In this document: piece after piece, positions 1 through 44,830 of the stretch
How the letters are laid out: every line of letters begins with the position of its first letter
Numbering within the stretch: the first letter of the stretch is position 1
Assembly: GCF_009914755.1 (NCBI RefSeq)
Contig: NC_060929.1
Source: the human T2T-CHM13v2.0 reference genome, Homo sapiens
Length of the DNA: 64,000 bases
Reading direction: 5' to 3' (one strand)
Made by a program: the position numbers and the translations under genes
Notes under the pieces: model-generated
Database searches by the model: none
What the model was told of the DNA's origin: nothing
What the model saw: the letters and a program-made list of their open reading frames with translations, nothing else

Positions 1-639
1 AGTTTCTCTTCTCGAGGAGTATCTTTGTGGCATTCTCTGTATTTCCTGAATCTGAACGTTGGCCTGCCTTGCTAGATTGGGGAAGTTCTCCTGGATAATA
101 TCCTGCACAGTGTTTTCCAACTTGGTTCCATTCTCCCCATCACTTTCAGGTACACCAATCAGACGTAGATTTGGTCTTTTCAGATAGTCCCATATTTCTT
201 GGAGGCTTTGCTCGTTTCTTTTTATTCTTTTTTCTCTAAACTTCCCTTCTCACTTCATTTCATTCATTTCATCTTCCATTGCTGATACCCTTTCTTCCTG
301 TTGATGGCATCGGCTCCTGAGGCTTCTGCATTCTTCACGTAGTTCTCAAGCCTTGGTTTTCAGCTCCATCAGCTCCTTTAAGCACTTCTCTGTATTGGTT
401 ATTCTAGTTATACATTCTTCTAAATTTTTTTCAAAGTTTTCAACTTCTTTGCCTTTGGTTTGAATGTCCTCCCGTAGCTCATAGTAATTTGATCGTCTGA
501 AGCCTTCTTCTCTCAGCTCATCAAAGTCATTCTCCGTCCAGCTTTGTTCAGTTGCTGGTGAGAAGCTGCGTTCCTTTGGAGGAAGAGAGGCACTCTGCTT
601 TTTAGAGTTTCCAGTTTTTCTGTTCTGTTTTTTCCCCAT
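1..639 (-). pseudogene. L1 ORF1p, disrupted by an in-frame stop at codon 98
   Basis: ORF 346..639 gives MGKKQNRKTGNSKKQSASLPPKERS...ELKTKA then TGA where L1 consensus has CGA (Arg). ORF1-like sequence continues to the window edge. Confidence 0.9.
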
Positions 640-1091
640 CTTTGTGGTTTTATCTACTTTTGGTCTTTGATGATGGTGATGTACAGATGGGTTTTTGGTG
701 TGGATGTCCTTTCTGTTTGTTAGTTTTCCTTCTAACAGACAGGACCCTCAGCTGCAGGTCTGTTGGAGTACCCTGCAGTGTGAGGTGTCAGTGTGCCCTG
801 CTGGGGGTGCCTCCCAGTTAGGCTGCTCAGGGGTCAGGGGTCAGGGACCCACTTGAGGAGGCAGTCTGCCCGTTCTCAGATCTCCAGCTGCGTACTAGGA
901 GAACCACTGCTCTCTTCAAAACTGTCAGACAGGGACATTTAAGTCTGCAGAGGTTACTGCTGTCTTTTTGTTTGTCTGTGCCCTGCTGCCATAGGTGGAG
1001 CCTACAGAGGCAGGCAGGCCTCCTTGAGCTGTGGTGGACTCCACCCAGTTCCAGCTTCCAGCTGCTTTGTTTACCTAAGCAAGCCTGGGCA

Positions 1092-1400
1092 ATGGTGGGC
1101 GCCCCTCCCCCAGCCTTGCTGCCACCTTGCAGTTTGATCTCAGACTGCTGTGCTAGCAATCAGCAAGACTCCGTGGGCGTAGGACCCTCCGAGCCAGGTG
1201 CGGGATATAATCTCGTGGTGTGCCGTTTTTTAAGCCCGTCGGAAAAGCGCAGTATTGGGGTGGGAGTGACCCAATTTTCCAGATGCCGTCCATCACCCCT
1301 TTCTTTGATTAGGAAAGGGAACTCCCTGACCCCTTGTGCTTCCCAAGTGAGGCAATGCCTCGCCCTGCTTCGGCTCGCGCACAGTGCGCGCACCCACTAA
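1092..1400 (+). CDS. L1 antisense ORF0 (102 aa, open)
   Basis: ATG at 1092 in good context (GCAATGG). Translation MVGAPPPALLPPCSLISDCCASNQQDSVGVGPSEPG matches primate L1 ORF0. Expression at this locus is not shown. Confidence 0.6.
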   Translation: MVGAPPPALLPPCSLISDCCASNQQDSVGVGPSEPGAGYNLVVCRFLSPSEKRSIGVGVTQFSRCRPSPLSLIRKGNSLTPCASQVRQCLALLRLAHSARTH

Positions 1401-2922
1401 CCTGCGCCCACTGTCTGGCACTCCCTACTGAGATGAACCCGGTACCTCAGATGGAAATGCAGAAATCACCCGTCTTCTGCGTCGCTCACGCTGGGAGCTG
1501 TAGACCGGAGCTGTTCCTATTCGGCCATCTTGGCTCCTCCCCTCTCCCCTCTTTTTTAATTTAAAGAACATTTACAAATAATTAGCAACTTGTTCACTTT
1601 TAAGTCATACCAAAAACATGGCTGAAAATGTGCACTGCTATTGAGAAATCCGGGGTACAAATGAAAATACAAGTAAGTACAACATGTCAAGGACTAAATA
1701 ACAAGCTCTCATTCTGTTAGCATCTGCCCCTTAATGATCTTAACATCCAAAGTGTTTGAGGCTTTGTGCCAAGAACTATAAAATAAATCAAGATTTTTTT
1801 TGTTCAAGAATGTATGAGTCAGGTATTCAAATTAGCTAACAAGTGACTTTTGTTTCATAATTATTACATTTTAGAACTGGAAGGAACCCGAGAGAGTACA
1901 CTGATCTGTGTAGAGACAGACCCTCTTTATCTCTTTCAAGTACATTTACATTAGTAAATATACCCTTTTTATCCCTCTCAAGTACTAGTATAGTTACGTT
2001 AGTCACTCGACCCAAACCTTAATAGGCTGCCAAAACATTTTCATAAACGAAATGAAATGGAAATAAAACAGTAAGAGAAGAGGTTATTCCATATGTTGAA
2101 CTTTGGTCCTGGGCTCTAAGCTCACCACTGTTTTAGTTAATGTTCACATGCTCAGAGATTGTTCCCCAAACCTACATCTTGGTAAGGCAGCTGGCTCCTG
2201 AGGAGTGAGGCGTCTTGACACCCACTTCACTGGAATCAGTCTCCTTCAGCATCCTAAGGCACTTAGCTCTAATGAACTGCCCAGACTCCCGTTTGCATTA
2301 TGATAAGCTCCTCTTTAGAACCTCTACTGTCTGCTTTTGACAGCCGACCTCAAGGAATACTGACTTAATCCAGGAATCCCAATAACATTTAATATTTATC
2401 TTCCTTTTCTGGGAGGAATCTACACTTATCCAAGTTGCCCAAGTGAGCAGTTCCCTCCCCACAAGTAATTAGTTCTACTCCCCAGAGGGTCTGTGAGTGA
2501 ATCCCTCTGTCAGTTTTGAAATGTCCCATTATAGTTTTCATCTGTAAATATGTCAATATGTATCCAAAAGATGAGGATCTTTAAAAACGTAATCATAATG
2601 CTACTATCATATGTAAAAATGAAACATAATTCCTTAATATCATCAGATATCCAGTGTTTAAATTTTTCCAGTCTCATGTTTTTGTACATTTTTAAATAAT
2701 CACATGTTTAAATCGTTTCCATCTCCAAGGCGTCGACCTCCCCTCCATTCTCCTGGGCGTCGCGCTTCCCTCTTTGTTTCCCGCCCTTGCGGTTCTGTCG
2801 GAACCTAACGAGCTTCCTTCCACCGCAAAAGAGCTGGAGAACAATGCTAGGCAACGTGCTGGAGACCTTGGCCCTCGGAACCCAAGTCACGCCTCCCATG
2901 TGAGCTCTGGAGGGAGAACTTT

Positions 2923-37521
<34,599 letters not shown>

Positions 37522-37522
37522 A

Positions 37523-37680
37523 AATAAATTTGTGACTAAACAAAGACTTTCATATTAAATGGGTTCAATTGAACTCATTTCTTATTTTCCAAGTGTCAAT
37601 GTGAAAAGAAAATAAATGCTAGCACTACTGACTAGTCAGTATATCTCCACTTTAAATGCTAAATACTTTCTTGAAATAAA
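37523..37680 (+). terminator. Proximal cluster of polyadenylation signals
   Basis: AATAAA at 37523, 37611 and 37675, just after the stop codon. Confidence 0.5.
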
Positions 37681-37692
37681 ATCGCACCTCCC

Positions 37693-37834
37693 GGCCAGGC
37701 ATGATGGATAATGCCTGTAATTCCAGCACTTTCAGAGGCCAAAGCGGGAGGATTGCTTGAAGCCAGGAATTTGAGCCCAGCCTGGGCAACATAGCAAGCA
37801 AGATCCCATCTCTACAAAAAGTTAAAAAAATAAA
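37693..37834 (+). mobile_element. FLAM (Alu monomer) in the WDR36 3' UTR
   Basis: Single Alu arm with A tail and a degenerate TSD (aaatcgcacctccc / aaattacacctgcc). Confidence 0.85.
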
Positions 37835-38402
37835 TTACACCTGCCTTTTGTTTTGAAGACTTAAAGAATCTGCTCAAATGATTTATTTTCTGAGTCTCTT
37901 CACATTAACTTTTATATGATTTTTAAAAAATTATTACCTGCTTATATTTTTTGAGTATCTGTTTCATATAAAGAGATGCTGCATGTTCACTGTGAAGTAT
38001 TGCTGAATTAAATTGAAAATGTCAGATAAAACTGATACATGATGTAGTTATAAAAATGCTGTTATGAAGAAAAAAGGAATGCTTTTTTCCTCGGTGGCCT
38101 TTGATAAAAATATGAATGATTGACTCTCAGAGTTGGAGGATAAACTAATCATCTTCTAGCACAGCCCTGTTGTGTTGCAGGAGAGGAATCAGGCTAAAGT
38201 CTGCTGGTATTTCAGTGACAGATTAAAACTTTCTAACAGTGGCCTAGTGCTTTCTCCATTGTAATGTACTGAAAGGAAGTTGTTCATGGATCAGAAATGT
38301 GGGAGGCCCTTCCTTGCCCAAGGCAAGTCGCTGTAGATGGTTAAACTGATACCAAGGATAGGTAAGGGAAATTCCAAATTCCATTGGAAGATGGCCTTTT
38401 AC

Positions 38403-38590
38403 TGACACTGCAGACATGTAGATAACAATAGTTTAATGTCCTCTGAAAAGGTAAAAATTCCATAAATCCTTGCAAACAATTTTTAGCAATATTGTTTATT
38501 GCTACCACAGCCAAGAATGGGTATTTCAAAGCCAGGGTTTTTTTTATTTTGTTTTGTTTTGTTTTGTTTTTTTTTTTTTTGGCTACACTT
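38403..38590 (+). repeat. Local direct duplication, copy 1 (in 3' UTR)
   Basis: Near-identical to 44652-44830. Confidence 0.9.
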
Positions 38591-40809
38591 TTTTGGGGGG
38601 GACCTTTTAATTTGGGAAGAAAATGCTGAGTATACTTTTCTTTCACAACCATTGCAAACCCAGGTAGCCCTGGAGTTTTCTTTTTTTCTCATCATCATTG
38701 TTTTGTTTTTTTTATGGTTCAAGACTTTTGCAATACATGAATTAAAAATAAGCAGTTCTTTAAAGCATAGCGCTCTAAAAACTATTCTTAGTTTATACCC
38801 TCAAAAGTTGGGTCTTTCATGAAACACAGTGGTTTGAATATGAACACCAGTAGCATTCTCGTTCGTTGTTAGGGTAAGAGAGTTTTGTAGAATGATCTCC
38901 AAAAGAAGCAGTCCTCAAAAGGCATTTACCAGTGATATCTTTTAATATTCATGTTTTTATTTAATGATGTAAGATAGAATTAATAAACTACTAAGGAAAT
39001 AAGCCAATGTGGTTATTGTACTCAATTTCGTTTTTCTTTTAGAAATGTGTATTGACTTATTAAAGCCACTGACAGAAATGTTAATCATGACTTAAGTTCT
39101 AATTTAAAAAACTATTTTCCTCTTTCCTAAATACTATATTCTAAATTGGAATATGGCAAAATCCCAATATATAATTCTATACCTAGTAAAGATTGTAAAT
39201 AACTAAAACAAAATGATAAGAGCTGTGAACTGAAATTGTATTGCTTACAGAAATCATGAACCGAATTTTCTTCTCTTTTTAAAGTGAGCATAAAGACTTA
39301 AGTGTATTGTTACCAGAGATATATTTAGATAGAATACATCATTTTGGCAGGTAATCTTCTAGAACCTTTCATGTACTGTTTCCATCAAGGGAGGGAAAGA
39401 AATAGAAAATATAATTTTATCTATATTTTCCTTAAAATATATCAATCTGTGCACACTCTTTCAGTTTTTTAATTACTCATGTAATATATGACTACATTTT
39501 GCTTGTGTGCTTTTTGAAAACCATCTTCAGTCCCAATATCCTCTGTAGAAGTAATAGTTTTAACTCTCCTAGATCTTCTTTTAGAGTGTTTTTATGAGTG
39601 TTTAATGTAGGAATGTGTATATATTATCTACAGCCACAGGAAATGTATAGTTACGATTTTTACATACGTGTATGTATATTATTGTACAACTTGCTATTTC
39701 TACTTGGGAGTTTTTTATTTTGGTACATTCACATTTACCTAATCTCTTGTGCACTGTCCAACAGTACTTTGCCTATAATAGACACTTAAGGAAGTTTTCC
39801 TTCTTTTTATTCCTTTATAATTACAAACAATGCTGAAAGGAACATCATCCTACATGAGCCCTTTTTGTACATATAAGGCTCTCTCTGTGGTATATGCTTA
39901 GGATTTGAATTTCAGGCCAGAGTATAACCATTTTTAATTTGAAGAGATACTTCCATTTGGGTTCCAGAATGGCTGTATCAAGTTACAGTTCCCCTGAGCA
40001 AGATATGAGCATCTGCTTCCCCATGTAATTAATGACACTTGCTATTGGATTTTTGTAATTTAATTACTCTGAAAAAATTATTTTGGTTTTAAATCAGAAA
40101 TTTCTCACTAGTGAAGATGGACATATTTTTGTATGTTTATTTTAGAACATATAAACATTTGTTAATTTTCTTTTTCCTCTCATTTTTCTATTGAATGATT
40201 TGTCCTTTTATCTCATGGATTTGTTAGGAGTTCTCTTGTATTTTCTGTATTTTATGTCTGTTGCCAATGTTTTCTCCTACTTAGCCATTTGGCTTTAATT
40301 TTACATGGTGTCTGTTTAAATAAATGTTTTATATTTGTATACAATCAAATTGATTAATTTTCATGACTTATTTCAGGATATAAAGCAAATTATTTTCTAA
40401 GACATTTACAGTGTATGTTTTCCTATGTTTACATGTGCTCATTTCACGTCATGTATTTTCCTCTACGACATGTTTCTGTGTGAGTAGTTAACATGTAGAT
40501 CTTTAGAATTGATTTTTCTGAAGAGTGAAACAGCGCTGCTTCCAATATCTGTTCAAAATTCATTTATTGAAAAGTCCACTCATATGTCTGATTTGAAATG
40601 CTGTTTCATTATGTGTTAAATTCTTTCACTGAGCTCTTCCATATTCCTAGTAAATGATGCATTACTTTGGTATGTTCTCAGATTTGGGTAAAGCCTTCCT
40701 CATGTTCTATAAAAATTGGTTAACTGCTGGTGAGCACATCTCTTGAAGTTTTGATATGGGTTGCACAACATTTATAGGACTGATTTGGAGAGACCGACAA
40801 TACCGAGTG

Positions 40810-41027
40810 CAGTCCTCCCTTGGTATCTAGTTCCAGGACCCCTGTGGATACCAAAATCCAAGCAATGCCCTGCAGATCATGGGACCTATGCATATGAAAA
40901 GTCGGTCCTTGTATTTGAGGGTTTTGCATCCCTCAAATACCATATGTTTTATTTGTGTTTGGTTGAAAAAAGTTTGCATATAAGTGAAACTTAGCATTTC
41001 AAACCTGTGTTGTTCAAAGATCATTTG
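40810..41027. mobile_element. MER8-like Tigger element in the distal 3' UTR
   Basis: cagtcctcccttggtatc...tatgaaaagtcggtcct...ttcaaacctgtgttgttcaa. Confidence 0.6.
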
Positions 41028-41119
41028 TATTTCTCTTCAAGAACAATGAATGTCTTCATTAAATCATCTTTTGTGGGAGAGCTTTTGGTTTCATAGATTT
41101 TCATATATATATATGATAT

Positions 41120-41160
41120 AATAAACACTTTTTGACATTCTGGGAGTTTTACTTTTGTTA
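41120..41160 (+). terminator. Probable distal poly(A) signal (3' UTR about 3.6 kb)
   Basis: AATAAA at 41120-41125 followed by a CA and a T/G-rich downstream tract. The implied ~6.6-kb mRNA fits my recollection of the long WDR36 transcript. Confidence 0.55.
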
Positions 41161-41493
41161 CTATAAGGAAATATCCTTTTCTAATGCATGTTATAATTGG
41201 TTGTTTCTGTTTGTGGTAAAATGACTTAATTTTTATATTCCAATCCGTCATGACACTGCAGAACCCTTTGTCAATACAGTCTTACTAGAAAATCCAAGAG
41301 AATTCTATCTTCTGCAATTGATGAGACTGTATTTCCTATGCAGTATTTGTGTACTTTGAAGTTTTTGTGCATTAGAAAGTTTTATACTTTAAATACATGC
41401 CCTTTTTAAAGATAAAAGCACTGAGAATAGAAAATACATAGACTTAAATATATATTTTGTATTGCGTGAAAATAAATATGATTTAAAAGCTGT

Positions 41494-42022
41494 TGTAACC
41501 CCCAAAACATTTTAAGCCTTGAGAGTGATGTGACTGTGATCTGAGTCACATATGGCTACTTCTTTTTCTTAGATTATAGCCCATCAACTCACTTTCTTAT
41601 TTTGTTTGTTCTGTACAATGACTAGAGATACTTAAATGATGTCAAAGACAAAAACCTCTTGCCTTCTTAATGACCTTGTTATAAATTTCCCCTTTATTAT
41701 CCTGCCTCGCTTGGACCAGATGACAGAAAACCCACGAGTATTTCACCCTCTATAAAAAAATGTTAAATGTACCCTTCCCAAAAAGAAATACCTATAACCA
41801 ATTCCTGTAACTATTTTCCAACCTTGTATGAATAATGTTGTAATCCTGCTAAAGGAAACTCCTCTGTCTCTGCCTACATAAATGAAACCTTAACTTCTCT
41901 ACTTTAGAATACTGACTCTGTATCTTTGGAGTTGATGTTTCCGGGTGGGCTATCCTCAAATTTTGCACTTGTATAAGCTCTTTAAATTAGATTCATACCC
42001 TTTTGATTATTTTAGGTTGACG
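41494..42022 (+). mobile_element. ERV1-type solo LTR (family unassigned)
   Basis: Begins TGTAAC, has a TATA-like cataaatg, ends ttttgattattttaggttgac as in MER4-group LTRs. Confidence 0.6.
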
Positions 42023-42031
42023 TAAAGAGCT

Positions 42032-42447
42032 TGTTAAACAAAAAATTGGGGAAGGCCATGGTTTTGCACTGAACTTCTGCACTGGGTCCCAGCAGACCAG
42101 AACAAACTAATGGAGCTGCTCATACTAAATGCCTCATAATCAAACTGAAACTTCAAGGAAGCAGATAAATTCCAAAGCAGACCATTGTTTCCTTTGAAAA
42201 CAGATTTCAGTCTACCTGAGTCAGCACAATAAGGAAGTCCCCTCTACTTTAATCCTTACAAAAAAGTAACCCGATGTTAACCTTTTTTCTCTATTTTTCT
42301 GTTTCCCACCTTAAAAAACCCCTTGTTCTGCTATTGTCCAGTGGGATTTCTCATTCTACTTTATAGAATGAAGGGCTTCCCTGATGAATGGTGGATAAAA
42401 GGCAATTAAATTTATAACTAAATATGTTGTAATTTTGTTTTCTGACA
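42032..42447 (+). mobile_element. ERV1-type solo LTR with 4-bp TSD
   Basis: TG...CA termini flanked by AGCT at 42028-42031 and 42448-42451. Confidence 0.75.
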
Positions 42448-43529
42448 AGCTAAATTAGCATTATATAGTCCAATCAAAGTGCCCAGAGAGAGCCAGGTCA
42501 CTGAAACAAGATTTTACTAATGTCTCTGCCTGCAAGGCCAATGTTAATATTTTTTAAATTATACTTTCTAACATTATTTAGGACTCTTGACTGCAAATTA
42601 CAGAAATGTTATGTTTAAACAGGAATGGAAATTTAAGAATTCAGGAATACTGGATTATCTAATAATATCTTTGTTTTCCGGAATTTTTTTGTAATCTGTG
42701 ACACTGAGAAATTCAAGAAATACTCTTTGAATTCTGCTTTTCTTTGCAGAGTGCTGCATTCCTTTGATTGTGTATTTCTTCTGCAACTAGTGCCTGCCAA
42801 AGGCAGTCAACAATCCACTTGATGTGCAGCCTCTTCCTAAAGTCCAAGATTGCACACTGGAGACTAAAAACCCTCCCTTCTGGGTCCTAAGTCTTCCCCC
42901 TCACTTATGACACTTCCCTTTCTTCCTCTGAAGGAAGAGGAATCCTTCTGTTTTCTTTTTGTAATCTTTTCACCATCCTCCAGGGACAAAAAAGCTTCGC
43001 CCCACCCCCACACACCCCCACCTTCCTGTCTTCATGTTTCTTATAACTCTGTTATGCTAAAGGGAAGATTACATTTTCAGAGGATGGAAAGCTATCATCT
43101 CACTGAAAAATCCCATTTTTGAATGGTAGATTATGAGTATTCGCATAGTATTTCACCTTACAGCCCTGCAAAACAAAATGGTAGTCCCCTTCTAATATGA
43201 CAGTTGCGTCAAATCTCAGAAAAGGTGATACGTTTGGAAAGGCAAAGGAAGAAGACCACATCACCCTTTAAAGAATTATTCTTACACATTTTTGGTCATT
43301 ATTAGCCTTATTTAAGCTCTGCAGACTCTCTTGTTTTCTGCTGTTAATAGTTTGAGATCCTGAAAGTCTCAAGCCAAAATTGTTTCCAAGAGTAATCTCA
43401 CTGATTCAGATATAAATTTAATACAATATAAGGCATATACCTTGCAGTCCTTCCCCCATTAAGGCTAAGCCATGGGACTTATTGCAAGGGAAAGGGAGCA
43501 GTGATATTAGAGAAGGTCACAGTATAGGT

Positions 43530-43703
43530 CAGTAGTTCTCAAAGTGTGTTTCCCCAATTAGCAATATCAACATCACCTGGGAACTTAGAACTGCAGGCCC
43601 CACTGCATAACTACTGAAATAAAAACTCTGTGGGTAGGGGCCAGCAATATGTATTTTAACAAATCTCCGTTTTGGTGACTTAATATAACTGAACTTAGAA
43701 CTG
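43530..43703. mobile_element. MER5A-like DNA transposon
   Basis: cagtagttctcaaagtgtg...catcacctgggaactt...tgtattttaacaa. Confidence 0.7.
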
Positions 43704-44651
43704 GAGAAGGGAAAAAAGAAGGCTATGAGGCATAAGGTTCTCACCTATGTTCCCACTTGGTTCTAGGAAGAAACCTGAAGGAAGGAAAGTGAGCAAAAGG
43801 GTTAAAGATTTTGTAGGCCCTGGCCCCAGATCTAGAAGTAAAAGGGGAAGTGGGGATGGAGGGTTAGTTGGAGAAATCACTGGGTACATTAAGTGGAACT
43901 CCAGAGTTGTGGGGCTAGGTCCTGACTCCCCTGGAGGAGACTGGCTCACAAGCCCTCTATCCTGACACATGGTGGCCATAGTCAAGGGGTGTGACTTAAC
44001 TTAGGTGGCGAGAAATGACTGTGACAGCTCACAGAGTTTCCATGACTGTGGGTGACACTGGGAGGGATCTGGAGGTTTCCACCTGCTCCCTGAGGGGAAT
44101 GAGGGAGGCAGCTGGGAGTAGAATGCCAACAGGCCTGCCATAGAGCCCCAGTGGCAGAGTGTGGACACACCATCCTGGCCCAGGGCCCAGCTGGAAGATA
44201 GGCAGAGACTCAGGGCACAGGCTAAGTGGGACTGTGGTCCTGGTCGGGGGAGGTGAGAAGAGGGTCTGGCAACACAGAAGGCACTCACACATAGTGAACC
44301 TTCCTTTGTGAGGAAAGAAACAGACATGGTAGGGAATTTGAACATAAAATCTCACAAAATATTTATCCAAAAGAGACTAGGCTAATGTGAAAGAGACTGA
44401 GATACTTTTTAATTGGTAATTTTGTTCCCCACCCTAAATCTAGTAATATGAGGGCTCAAGATGAAATTTAATCATTTTGATATATAAAATATTCTTTAGG
44501 GATCTTTCTTTCAGTATCTGTGTACTATATGCTGAATTTCCCAATTCCAACCATGCTAATTTCCATTTCCAGCTGAATCTACTAAATGTCTCTGAAAAGG
44601 TACGTAAAATATTCAATACTTAGTTTTATCTCTGTGTTGTTAGTGATTTAT

Positions 44652-44830
44652 TGACACTGCAGACATGTAGATAACAATAGTTTAATGTCCTCTGAAAACA
44701 CAAAAATTCCATAAATCCTTGCAAACAATTTTTAGCAATATTGTTTATTGCTACCACAGCCAAGAATGGATATTTCAAAGCCGGGGGTTTTGTTCTGTTT
44801 TGTTTTGTTTTGTTTGGCTGCCCTTTTTTT
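44652..44830 (+). repeat. Local direct duplication, copy 2 (intergenic)
   Basis: Near-identical to 38403-38590. Confidence 0.9.

Larger units (their letters stand above)
1..1542 (-). mobile_element. LINE-1 5' end (5' UTR plus ORF1 N-terminus), L1PA2/L1PA3-like; continues beyond window start
   Basis: Reverse strand starts GGGGAGGAGCCAAGATGGCCGAATAGGAACAGCTCCGGTCTACAGC (canonical L1 5' end, YY1 site at 1523-1532). A ~900-nt 5' UTR precedes ORF1 MGKKQNRKTGNSK at 639. Confidence 0.95.

Noticed and set aside
41251-41262. tgacactgcaga, identical to the first 12 nt of the duplicated unit
   Set aside because: Similarity does not extend; a single 12-mer match is not enough to call a further copy.
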